NCBI GenBank assembly: GCA_963780535.1
Contig: CAWACS010000027.1
Span: forward strand, 451 to 64,450
Direction: 5' to 3'
From: an uncultured Verrucomicrobiae bacterium
GTDB taxonomy: Bacteria > Verrucomicrobiota > Verrucomicrobiia > Limisphaerales > UBA11358
Length of the DNA: 64,000 bases
Shown: one piece after another, positions 35,156 through 44,638 of the stretch
How the letters are laid out: each line of letters opens with the position of its first letter
How positions within the stretch are numbered: position 1 is the first letter of the stretch
Translations under genes and position numbers: made by a program
Notes under the pieces: model-generated
The model's input: the letters and a program-made list of their open reading frames with translations, nothing else
What the model was told of the DNA's origin: nothing
The model's database searches: none

Positions 35156-37438
35156 ATGAACGAAAAGCGACAGGATTCGCAGGCGGGAGGAATGTCCGTC
35201 GGAGACATTTATTTCGTTCTGTTCCGGCAGAAATGGAAAATTCTCACCTTGTCCCTGGCCGGCATACTGGGTGCCGTTTTGCTGCTTACCGTAATCAAGC
35301 CTCCGCAATACCAATCAGAAGCCTTGATTTCCATCCGCTATGTGGTGGAAGGAAAATCATTAAATCCGCCTGGGGATGAATCCAATACCACGCCGTTGGA
35401 TCAACAAAGAAACAGCATCATTGCTACGGAAATCGACGCCCTGAACAGCCTGGATTTGGCCAAACAAGTGGTTCAAGTCATCACGCCGGAAAGGGTTTTG
35501 GCAAGCACGGGGACCAAGGTCGGGTCGGATTCCAATCAGGCGGATCGGGCCGCCTTTATGGTAAGAAATGGTTTGAGTGTGGAGCCGTTGCCGGAAAGCA
35601 GCGTCATCCGGTTGACCTATCAAAATCCGGATCCAACACTGGTCCAACCGGTTCTGGGTGAAATCATTGAGGCTTACCAGATGAGGCATGTCCAGTTGCA
35701 TCAGGCATCGGGTTTGCCGAGCGACTATCTGACCAATGAGGTGGTGCGATTGCGTAACCAGCTGGCCCAGACCGATGACGAACTCAGAAAGCTCAAAAAC
35801 GCCAATGGCGTGGTTTCCGCCGATGAAACGCAAAAAGCCTATGCCAACCAGATCTCCCAAATTCGGCTGGATATTTTTAGTGCCCAAGTTGAGTTGGCGG
35901 AACATCAGGCCATGCTGGAAGCGTTGGGAGGACAACCGGGGACAGGTCAGGGTGCGACTAATGTCCAATCAAACGTGCAGGCTCCTTTTGACCAGGTTGA
36001 AAAATACCAGAATGTCAGCGCGTTGTTGCTTTCGCTGGAACAAAAGGAGCAGAATTATCTGACGGTGCAGGGATTCACGACCGAGAATGTGCTGGTCAAG
36101 CAGGTCCAGCAACAAATTGATCAAAACGAAATCGTCAAGAAGGGCTTGGAAGAAAAATATCCGACGTTGGCAACGCTCAGCGTCCCTTTGCCGGGTCCAA
36201 CCAGCACCCAGCCGGGTGAGGCGCCCGTTGACTTGAGAACCGAGTCCGAACGGGTGGCGGCGCTCAAGGTAAAAATTCAGACGTTGAACTCGCAATTCGG
36301 CCAGGTTTGGACCGAGGCAACGAACTTCGATAAAATCAAATCATCCATTTCCGAACTGGAACAGAAAAGAAATCTTGAAGCGACTGACATCAGTTATTTT
36401 ATGAGGAATTTGGACCAAGCCCATATGGACGAGGCTTTGGGGGAAGACAAGGCGGAGAACATCAGCATCATACAATACCCAACACCTCCGATGAAAGGGT
36501 GGTCAAAGCAATTCAAGAAGAAGGTGGTGGTCGTGGCCGTTGGGGGCATCCTGGCCGGGCTGGCCCTGGCATTTTTTATTGAATTTTTTTGGGATCGATC
36601 CGTAAAACGCCCGACCGATGTCGAGAACAAGTTGCGACTGCCTCTTTTTGTTTCCATCCCGGACATGACCAAGAACGGCCATCGCCCGACGGCAACCAAC
36701 AAAACCCCGCTGCTCTTGACCGAGGCGAAAGGCGGCGAACATCAAACTGCGGCAGGAAAATTGTTGCCGCAGGAGGCGGGCCTGGATCCCGGGAATCGCC
36801 GGCATCCGTTGCGCCGCTTTTATGAAGGGTTGCGGGACCGGTTGGTCGTCTATTTTGAAGTCAAAAATGTTCCGCATAAGCCGAAACTCGTTGGTGTGAC
36901 GAGTTGCGCCCGGGGTGCGGGCGTCAGCAGCATCGCCACCGGCGTGGCGGCTTCCCTTTCCGAGACGGGAGAGGGAAATGTGCTGTTGGTGGACATGAAT
37001 GTCGACGGGGGGGCGGCCCAACACTTCCATAAGGGAATGCCCGATTGCGGGCTGGATTCGGCGTTGAATGCCGAATCCAAGGGAAAGGCATTGGTCCGGG
37101 ACAGCCTGTATGTGGCGACGGAATCCATGCGCGGCGAAGGGCTCCCGCAGGTTTTGCCCAAACGCCTTGCGGGTCTGATTTCAAAAATCCGGAGCAGTGA
37201 TTACGATTATATCATTTTTGACATGCCGCCGGTGGCGGAAACCACGATGACCTTCCGCGCCGCCCGACTCATGGATATGATGCTGCTGGTCATCGAGGCG
37301 GAGAAAACCAACCAGGATGTGGTCAAGCGGGTGATTTCATTGCTGGCCGAATCGCAAGCCAACGTGAGCGTGGTGCTCAACAAGACGCAAACGCACGTCC
37401 CGCCGCGTTTGCATCAGGAATTTCTTCACGATCTTTGA
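35156..37438 (+). CDS. Wzc/GumC-like polysaccharide co-polymerase with degenerate kinase domain
   Basis: Two transmembrane helices flank a coiled-coil periplasmic domain; C-terminal P-loop domain (VLLVDMN, IIFDMPP). Confidence 0.87.
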   Translation: MNEKRQDSQAGGMSVGDIYFVLFRQKWKILTLSLAGILGAVLLLTVIKPPQYQSEALISIRYVVEGKSLNPPGDESNTTPLDQQRNSIIATEIDALNSLDLAKQVVQVITPERVLASTGTKVGSDSNQADRAAFMVRNGLSVEPLPESSVIRLTYQNPDPTLVQPVLGEIIEAYQMRHVQLHQASGLPSDYLTNEVVRLRNQLAQTDDELRKLKNANGVVSADETQKAYANQISQIRLDIFSAQVELAEHQAMLEALGGQPGTGQGATNVQSNVQAPFDQVEKYQNVSALLLSLEQKEQNYLTVQGFTTENVLVKQVQQQIDQNEIVKKGLEEKYPTLATLSVPLPGPTSTQPGEAPVDLRTESERVAALKVKIQTLNSQFGQVWTEATNFDKIKSSISELEQKRNLEATDISYFMRNLDQAHMDEALGEDKAENISIIQYPTPPMKGWSKQFKKKVVVVAVGGILAGLALAFFIEFFWDRSVKRPTDVENKLRLPLFVSIPDMTKNGHRPTATNKTPLLLTEAKGGEHQTAAGKLLPQEAGLDPGNRRHPLRRFYEGLRDRLVVYFEVKNVPHKPKLVGVTSCARGAGVSSIATGVAASLSETGEGNVLLVDMNVDGGAAQHFHKGMPDCGLDSALNAESKGKALVRDSLYVATESMRGEGLPQVLPKRLAGLISKIRSSDYDYIIFDMPPVAETTMTFRAARLMDMMLLVIEAEKTNQDVVKRVISLLAESQANVSVVLNKTQTHVPPRLHQEFLHDL

Positions 37439-37456
37439 GGCGGTCGCGCCGGTGGT

Positions 37457-38710
37457 ATGAAAGTGGGAAAAACTCCAGGCCAAAAAATGCCTCCTGCCGG
37501 CAAAAAGATTTGCATGCTCGTGTACTCTTTTTATGAGAGTGACAATCGCGTGATGCGCTATGCCCGGGCCCTGGTTGAGCGCGGGGATCAAGTGGATGTG
37601 ATTGCCCTGAGTGACGGGAAGCAGCCCCCATTTGAAACCCTTGAGGGTGTCAAGGTTCATCGCATTCAACGGAGGGAGCGGAACGAAAGGAATAAATTCG
37701 CATACCTGTACCGCCTGTTGAAGTTTTGCGCGAAATCCTCGTTGGTTCTCAGCCGGTTGCATTTGAAGCGCAAGTACGACCTGATTCATGTGCATAACGT
37801 GCCGGATTTTCTCGTGTTCAGCGCCTGGCTGCCCAAAGCCACCGGAGCCAAGATCATTTTGGATATTCATGACATTCTACCTGAATTCTTCGCCAACAAG
37901 TTTCGCCGGCCGGAGAACAGCATTTATGTCAGGCTGCTGAAGCTCATCGAGAAAATTTCCGCCCGTTTTGCCAACCACGTCATCGTTTCCAATCACCTGT
38001 GGTGCGAAAAAGCGATTGCCCGTTCCATCTCCAGGGAAAAGTGCTCGGTTTTTATCAATTACGTTGACCTGAATCTTTTCCGGTCCCGGCGGACGCGAAA
38101 CGATGGCCGGTTTATCATGCTGTACCATGGAGGATGGCAACGGCATCAGGGCCTCGACCTTGCCATTCGCGCCTATGACAAGATCTGCCGCCCAAACCCC
38201 GGGGTGGAGTTTCACATTTATGGGGGTGGCAGCATGAAACCGGAATTGGAGGCTTTGGTTCGGGACCTGGGTTTGAACGACCGGGTGCTGTTACGGGAAA
38301 GCGTGCCCGCGCGCGAAGTTGCGGACATCGTGGCGAACGCGGATTTGGGAATTGTCGCCAAACGGGCGGATTCCTTTGGCAACGAGGCGTACAGCACCAA
38401 GATCATGGAATTCATGGCGGAAGGCGTGCCGGTGATTGTTTCCAAGACCAAGATAGACAGTTTCTACTTTGACGACTCGGTGGTTCGTTTCTTTGAATCG
38501 GGAAACGAAGATGATCTGGCGGCGGCGATGCTGGACCTGCTGAAAAATCAAGACCGGCGCGAGAGCCTGGTTCATCGCGCCAATGAATACGTGGCCAGAA
38601 ACCATTGGGACACGCGCAAGCAGAAGTATTGGCATCTGGTGGATTCCCTCGTTTCCGGCACGGAACTCCAACCCGCCGGCCTGTCCAAGGGCTCCACAGT
38701 TTGTCCGTAA
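37457..38710 (+). CDS. Glycosyltransferase family 4
   Basis: DNRVMRYA, HVHNVPD, LDIHD and KIMEFMAEGVPVI. Confidence 0.9.
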   Translation: MKVGKTPGQKMPPAGKKICMLVYSFYESDNRVMRYARALVERGDQVDVIALSDGKQPPFETLEGVKVHRIQRRERNERNKFAYLYRLLKFCAKSSLVLSRLHLKRKYDLIHVHNVPDFLVFSAWLPKATGAKIILDIHDILPEFFANKFRRPENSIYVRLLKLIEKISARFANHVIVSNHLWCEKAIARSISREKCSVFINYVDLNLFRSRRTRNDGRFIMLYHGGWQRHQGLDLAIRAYDKICRPNPGVEFHIYGGGSMKPELEALVRDLGLNDRVLLRESVPAREVADIVANADLGIVAKRADSFGNEAYSTKIMEFMAEGVPVIVSKTKIDSFYFDDSVVRFFESGNEDDLAAAMLDLLKNQDRRESLVHRANEYVARNHWDTRKQKYWHLVDSLVSGTELQPAGLSKGSTVCP

Positions 38711-38744
38711 GCACCGCAGCGGCTTCGTGCCCGGTAATGGTCTT

Positions 38745-39635
38745 ATGCGATGGGATCGAACCATGTCGCTTTATGCGTTTCGGCCGCTGATGGAAATGAA
38801 TGTTATTTCCAACCGGCGCGCGCTGCCGATCCTGATGTATCACAGCATTTCCGAAGACGCGGAGCCGGATGCCTCGCCGTATTACAAAACGACCACCCGT
38901 CCGGCCTTGTTCGCACAACACCTGCGCTGGTTGAACGATGAAGGGTTCCGGTCGGTTGACCTGGAGAAGGGAATTCGCATGGCCCGGCAGGGGAATGGGG
39001 CATCGGAGAGGACGGTGGTCATCACTTTTGACGATGGCTTCCGTGATTTTTATGACTCGGCCTTTCCCGCCTTAAAAGCCCATGGTCATACGGCCACGGT
39101 GTTTCTTCCCACCGCTTTTATTGGGGAGAGCCGGCAGACGTTCAAAGGCCGGGAGTGCCTCACTTGGGAAGAGGTCCGCGAGTTGCGGGCGCAGGGCATC
39201 CGGTTCGGTTCGCATTCGGTCAATCATCCGGTTCTTTACGAAACGCCATGGGGAGAGATCGAAAATCAGCTGGCACTTTCAAAGAAAAAACTGGAGCTGG
39301 AGCTTGGTGAAACAGTCGCGAGCTTTGCGTATCCTTACGCCTTTCCGCAGCAGGACCGGCGCTTTGCCGGCACTTTTGGAAACCTGTTGCGGCGGCTGGG
39401 TTATCAGCACTGTGTCACCACCATGATTGGCCGGGTTCAATCGGGCGACGATTTATTCAGCCTGAAGCGCCTGCCGGTCAATGATTGTGATGACCGGCCC
39501 CTGTTGTTGGCCAAGTTGAGCGGTGCGTACGATTGGCTGGCTTATCCGCAAAGCTGGTTCAAGTCGGCGAGTCATCGTCTGGGCCGCGCCACGCGGAAGG
39601 AAACGGACTTGTCGCCGGTGACGCAATCACTTTAG
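38745..39635 (+). CDS. Polysaccharide deacetylase (CE4/NodB); start uncertain
   Basis: ILMYHSI, ITFDDG, GSHSVNH and FAYPY. Confidence 0.9.
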   Translation: MRWDRTMSLYAFRPLMEMNVISNRRALPILMYHSISEDAEPDASPYYKTTTRPALFAQHLRWLNDEGFRSVDLEKGIRMARQGNGASERTVVITFDDGFRDFYDSAFPALKAHGHTATVFLPTAFIGESRQTFKGRECLTWEEVRELRAQGIRFGSHSVNHPVLYETPWGEIENQLALSKKKLELELGETVASFAYPYAFPQQDRRFAGTFGNLLRRLGYQHCVTTMIGRVQSGDDLFSLKRLPVNDCDDRPLLLAKLSGAYDWLAYPQSWFKSASHRLGRATRKETDLSPVTQSL

Positions 39636-39674
39636 CGCCGGAGCGGGTCAAGGATATCGTGCAAGGGAGAGAAG

Positions 39675-40637
39675 ATGGATAAGGATTCTTCCAGGATTAT
39701 TGTCTCGATTATCATCGTGAGCTGGAATGCCCGCGACTATCTCAAACAATGTTTGGAATCACTGACTCCGGCAGTGTGCCGATATCCCATGGAAATCATC
39801 GTGGTGGATAATGCCTCTTCCGATGGCTCACCGGAGTTCGTCGAAAACAATTTTCCCCAGGTGCGGCTGGTTCGCAATTCGACCAATCTCGGATTTGCCA
39901 GGGGAAACAATGTTGGCATCCGAAACAGCGGCGGCCGGTACCTGTGTCTTATCAATTCCGATGTCAAAGTGTTGCCGGATTGTATCAGCCGGCTGGTTGA
40001 TTATTGCGAGCAGCATCCCGAAGTGGGCATGGCCGGGCCGCGGATTGCCGGGGGTGACGGCAAATTACAGCGTTCCTGTCGCGGGTTTCCGACCCTCTGG
40101 AACATGCTCTGCCGCGCATTGGCGTTGGACACTCTTTTCCCCCGCCGCAAACTTTTCACGGGTTATTCGCTTTCGTACTGGCCACAGGACAGCACGCGGC
40201 CGGTGGACATTCTCAGCGGCTGCTTTTGGTTGATCCGCCGGGAAACCCTGTCGCGGGTGGGGCTGCTGGATGAAGCCTTTTTCATGTACGGGGAAGACAT
40301 GGATTGGAGCAAGCGCTTCTGGCTCGGTGGCTCAAGTCTGGCCTTCGTTGCCCCGGCGGAAGCCATTCACTATGGAGGGGCCAGTTCGTCCAATTCCCCG
40401 GTCCGCTTTTACATTGAAAAGCAGCGGGCGGATTTGCAGTACTGGAAAAAGCACCACTCCCGGTCCGCCACCGCCGGTTACTTCCTGATTTCGTGTTTGC
40501 ATCTGCTGCTGCGGATGCTGGGTTATTCGCTCGCGCTATTATTCCATAAGGGCGCGCGGCAAAGCTACCGGTACAAGGTAAAAAGAAGTTTCGCGTGCTT
40601 GAAATGGCTGTTCTCGGAATCGCCGGTGGCGTCCTGA
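39675..40637 (+). CDS. Glycosyltransferase family 2
   Basis: SIIIVSWN, VVDNASSDGS, NLGFARGNN, INSD and FFMYGEDMD. Confidence 0.92.
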   Translation: MDKDSSRIIVSIIIVSWNARDYLKQCLESLTPAVCRYPMEIIVVDNASSDGSPEFVENNFPQVRLVRNSTNLGFARGNNVGIRNSGGRYLCLINSDVKVLPDCISRLVDYCEQHPEVGMAGPRIAGGDGKLQRSCRGFPTLWNMLCRALALDTLFPRRKLFTGYSLSYWPQDSTRPVDILSGCFWLIRRETLSRVGLLDEAFFMYGEDMDWSKRFWLGGSSLAFVAPAEAIHYGGASSSNSPVRFYIEKQRADLQYWKKHHSRSATAGYFLISCLHLLLRMLGYSLALLFHKGARQSYRYKVKRSFACLKWLFSESPVAS

Positions 40638-40692
40638 GCGCGGTGTTTTTAGACGCCGCGTCGATGCGGAATTTGAATTTACAGGAAACCCA

Positions 40693-41625
40693 ATGAATCA
40701 TTTCCGATATGTTTTGCTGACGGCAGCCAAGGATGAGGAAGCCTGCCTGGGCGAAGTCATCCAGGCGGTGTTGAGTCAGACCGTCCGGCCATTGGCCTGG
40801 TTCATTATGGATGACGGATCCACGGACCGCACGGCAGCCATTGTCAGGAGATTTGCCGCCGAACATCCGTTCATCCGTTTGCAATCCGGTGATCCCCGGA
40901 GCGGACGTTGTTTCGGTTCCCAGTACAAGGCCATCAACGCAGCCTATGCGTTGGCCGGGTCGCTGGATTTCGATTTTGTGGCCATCCAGGACGCGGACCA
41001 GGCTCCCGCAACGGAGCACTATTACCAATCCCTGCTGGAGGAGTTTCGGAACAATCCACGCCTGGGCGCCGCGAGCGGTCTCGTTTACGAACGCCCCGCC
41101 GGGATTTGGGAGCCGCGCCGGGACAATGCCCGGGATTCGGTGGCCGCCAGCGCGGTGTTCCGCAAAAGCTGCTTTGATCAAATCGGCGGCTACACCCCGC
41201 TGCATTACGGGGGCTCGGACTGGCTGATGCAACTAAATGTCAGGATGGCCGGATGGGAAGTTCTTCCCCGATCGGACCTTCGCTTGCACCATTACCGCCT
41301 CACATCGAGTGCCGGCGGGATCTGGCGCGGGAAATTCCGGGCGGGTGTGATGGATGCCTCGTTCGGCTCCCATCCGCTCTTTGAATTGTTCAAAAGCGGC
41401 CGTCGGTTGGCGAGTCCCCCGTTTTTGTTTGGCAGTCTCTTGCGTTTGTGCGGTTTCTTTTGGTGGAAGCTCAGCGGAAGGGAACCGCTCATTGCTCCGG
41501 AGAAGGTTGCTTTTCTCAGGAAAGAGCAAATGGCGAAGTTGCGAGGGTGGCTGCGGCCCCTTGGGGGACCGCGGCCGGGAAAGCCCGGCGGCTTTGCCGT
41601 CGCTAAGAGTCCGAAAACGGTTTAG
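40693..41625 (+). CDS. Glycosyltransferase family 2
   Basis: TAAKDE, DDGSTDRT and DAD. Confidence 0.88.
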   Translation: MNHFRYVLLTAAKDEEACLGEVIQAVLSQTVRPLAWFIMDDGSTDRTAAIVRRFAAEHPFIRLQSGDPRSGRCFGSQYKAINAAYALAGSLDFDFVAIQDADQAPATEHYYQSLLEEFRNNPRLGAASGLVYERPAGIWEPRRDNARDSVAASAVFRKSCFDQIGGYTPLHYGGSDWLMQLNVRMAGWEVLPRSDLRLHHYRLTSSAGGIWRGKFRAGVMDASFGSHPLFELFKSGRRLASPPFLFGSLLRLCGFFWWKLSGREPLIAPEKVAFLRKEQMAKLRGWLRPLGGPRPGKPGGFAVAKSPKTV

Positions 41626-41782
41626 TGGCAGGTCGGCAAACGCCTGTATGCGGGTGGCCGTGCGTCGATTGAGTTGATGGATCCGGCATGGGTGATTCAG
41701 GGACGACCTGCCGGGCGTGCGCCGAAGCGTACTTGTGTTTCCAAGAGCCACTGAAGAAAACATTACCCCGAATATTTTAGGT

Positions 41783-42997
41783 ATGCCTGCCCGCAATGGC
41801 ACTGTCCGCGTGCTTTACAGTTTCCCTCACAAACTGGGGGCGGCGCGCATTTGTACCACCGCCTGGTACCAGGTTAAGGGAATTGCGGCGGCCGGTGCGG
41901 AGGTCACCGTCTATGCCGGTTCCATCTGCCGGGAGGTGCCGAAGTCCGTGCGGGTTCGCACGACGCTGGCGTGGAATAAGTTGAGGCTGCCCTACCGGTT
42001 GCTGGGAAGCCGGCGCGCCTGCGCGCTGCATGATTGGCTCGTGGCGCAAAAGTTGAAGAAACTGGCGGGGCAGGTGGATGTCGTCCACGTATGGCCGCTG
42101 GCGGCATTAAGGACAATCCGGGCGGCGAAACAACTCGGTATTCCGACGGTGTTGGAACGACCCAACGCCCACACGCGCTTCGCTTATGAGATTGTTCAGA
42201 AGGAATGCTGGCGTCTGGGCGTTTCCATGCCCTCCCACCATGAGCACGCCTACAACTCCGCCGTCCTGGAACATGAAGAATCGGAATACAAATCAACGGA
42301 CTACCTGTTGTGTCCTTCAGATTTCGTCGCGCGCACATTCCGGGCGGAGGGATTTCCGCCGGAGAAACTGATGCGGCATCAGTATGGATTTGACCGTGAA
42401 TTTTATTATCCCGACCCTGGGGTCCCAGGGTTGGACCGCGGGTTGACTGTTCTGTTCGCCGGCGGCTGCGCTCCGCGGAAGGGATTGCACTACGCGCTGG
42501 ATGCCTGGTTGCAATCGTCGGCCTGTTCGGAAGGTGCGTTTCTGATCGCCGGGAAGTTTATCCCGGGCTATGCCGAATTGCTGGCCAAACAACTCAATCA
42601 TCCCAGTGTGAAGGTTTTGGGTAACCGCAATGACCTGCCGGATCTCATGCGCCGTAGTGATGTGCTGGTGCTGCCCAGCCTGGAGGAGGGGAGCGCACTG
42701 ACCACCTACGAGGCCCGCGGTTGCGGTTGTGTCTTGCTGGTGTCCAGCGCGAGCGGTGCGGTCTGCAACGATCCCGAGAACGCCCTGGTGCATCCGGCGG
42801 GGGACGTCCGTTCATTGACCCGGCATCTGAATCTGTTGCACGAAGATCGCGACCTGTTGAAGAAAATGCGCGCGGCATCTCTGGCCACCGTCAGTGAAAT
42901 CACCTGGGAAGCCGCCGGGGTGAGACTGCTCCAGGTTTATCGGGAGAGCATCCACAACCGGGCGGAAGTGAAGCGGCTGGTTCCAAGTGAACATTAA
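41783..42997 (+). CDS. Glycosyltransferase family 4
   Basis: RKGLHY and VLPSLEEGSALTTYEA (EX7E motif); start taken at the ATG at 41783. Confidence 0.88.
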   Translation: MPARNGTVRVLYSFPHKLGAARICTTAWYQVKGIAAAGAEVTVYAGSICREVPKSVRVRTTLAWNKLRLPYRLLGSRRACALHDWLVAQKLKKLAGQVDVVHVWPLAALRTIRAAKQLGIPTVLERPNAHTRFAYEIVQKECWRLGVSMPSHHEHAYNSAVLEHEESEYKSTDYLLCPSDFVARTFRAEGFPPEKLMRHQYGFDREFYYPDPGVPGLDRGLTVLFAGGCAPRKGLHYALDAWLQSSACSEGAFLIAGKFIPGYAELLAKQLNHPSVKVLGNRNDLPDLMRRSDVLVLPSLEEGSALTTYEARGCGCVLLVSSASGAVCNDPENALVHPAGDVRSLTRHLNLLHEDRDLLKKMRAASLATVSEITWEAAGVRLLQVYRESIHNRAEVKRLVPSEH

Positions 42998-44327
42998 TCC
43001 ACTGGCATTGATTTTTCTGCTGGCGATGGCCTTTGTGATCCTGGGCTCAAGCCGCCGGAATGCCGTCGGTGCCCTGCTGGCGATGGCCGCGTTCATACCT
43101 TTGGGCCAGGAAGTATCGCTGCTGGGCCTGCATCTTTATTTTTTGCGGATTCTGGTGCTGGTCGGTTTTTGCCGCCTGTTGATGAAGCGGGAAATTGAAG
43201 GGTTCAAACTGGTGGGGATGGACAAGCTCTTCATCTGGTGGGTGGCGGTCGGATTTGTTTGCGAACTTCTGCGGGGAGGCAGTGCCCAAACCTTTGGCGC
43301 CGTTTACGACGCGATGGGTGTTTATTTTCTGATTCGAATCTGGACGCAGACGGGTGAAGATGTTCTGTCGCATCTCCGCCTGCTTGCCTTTGTGGCGATT
43401 GCCATCGGCATTTGCATGGCCTGGGAAACGATCAAGCATCAGGATTTGTTTTTTGTTTTTGGCGGTGTCCCCCTGGTTCCCATGGAGCGGGACGGCCGAT
43501 TCCGCGCAGAAGGTCCCTTTCTCCAGCCCATTCTCGCGGGCACCTTCGGGGCCACACTGTTCCCGCTCCTGGTGGGACTGTGGCGGAATGGTGGTCGCGG
43601 CAAATGGCTGATGGTGGGAGGGATCGCCGGCTCCCTCATGATTACCATCGCTTCCGCTTCCAGCGGTCCACTGCTGACCTTTGTGGCGGCGGTCATCGGT
43701 TTCAGTCTCTGGCCGTTGCGGGAACGCATGTATCTTTTTCGCCGCGGCATCGTGGTCGTGCTTATTGTGTTTACCCTGGTTATGAATGCGCCGGTTTGGT
43801 ACCTGATCGCCAAAATCAGCGACGTCGTGGGCGGCGGCGGCTGGCATCGGTCGTGGTTGATTCAGCAGTTTTTAACGCATATCACTCAATGGTGTTGGGT
43901 GGGCACTTCGTACACGGCCAATTGGGCCCCCGGTGGAGAGGTTATTTTCAATAATCCAAATATGATGGACATTACGAACCAATACGTTGCCCAGGGAATT
44001 CATGGAGGAATCCTGGGGCTCGGATTTTTCGTGGCCACGATTGTCGCTGGTTTCAAGACCGTCGGCCGGGCGGTGCGAAATGAAGTAAATCCGTCCGTTG
44101 ACCGGATGTTGGTATGGGCGCTCGGGGTAACCCTTGCTTCTCATTGCGCCGCTTTTATCTCGGTCTCGTATTTCGACCAGATCCAGGTGTTTTGGTTCTG
44201 GCTGCTGGCCGTGATTGCCAGCGTGCCGGTCTGGGCGCATCAGGCACTGGCCGGAGAATCGGCGCCGGCTGCGGCCGAGCAGGCCGAAGAGGCGCAAAAT
44301 GTCATGGGCTCGGCCGTTCTTAATTAA
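42987..44327 (+). CDS. O-antigen ligase/Wzy-like polymerase
   Basis: About 11-12 hydrophobic helices; RAEGPF..PILAG, SASSGP and DITNQY; located inside the GT cluster. Confidence 0.72.
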   Translation: MNINPLALIFLLAMAFVILGSSRRNAVGALLAMAAFIPLGQEVSLLGLHLYFLRILVLVGFCRLLMKREIEGFKLVGMDKLFIWWVAVGFVCELLRGGSAQTFGAVYDAMGVYFLIRIWTQTGEDVLSHLRLLAFVAIAIGICMAWETIKHQDLFFVFGGVPLVPMERDGRFRAEGPFLQPILAGTFGATLFPLLVGLWRNGGRGKWLMVGGIAGSLMITIASASSGPLLTFVAAVIGFSLWPLRERMYLFRRGIVVVLIVFTLVMNAPVWYLIAKISDVVGGGGWHRSWLIQQFLTHITQWCWVGTSYTANWAPGGEVIFNNPNMMDITNQYVAQGIHGGILGLGFFVATIVAGFKTVGRAVRNEVNPSVDRMLVWALGVTLASHCAAFISVSYFDQIQVFWFWLLAVIASVPVWAHQALAGESAPAAAEQAEEAQNVMGSAVLN

Positions 44328-44638
44328 TCCTCGGAGGCCGGCCGGGAAAAACCCATATCATCCCAACCAGTGAATCGAGATGTTGTATAATTTTGGGCCA
44401 TCGACGTGGGATATTTTGACTCGGACTGTTTTTGAATGGGACGGATACAGATTGCATCTGCTCCCCTTGGAGTTAAAGCCTCACGAAGGCGGCCCGGCCG
44501 GTTTGGCAGTAAACCTGCTAAAACAGAGCGAAGTCGATTATGAAAAGTTGTATTTCGCGCGGCTGGTTTTTGTCAAACCGCAGGCAGGTTGTTGCTCCCA
44601 GTCCTGTTTTCATCAATTCAAGAATCAAAATTCACGTG

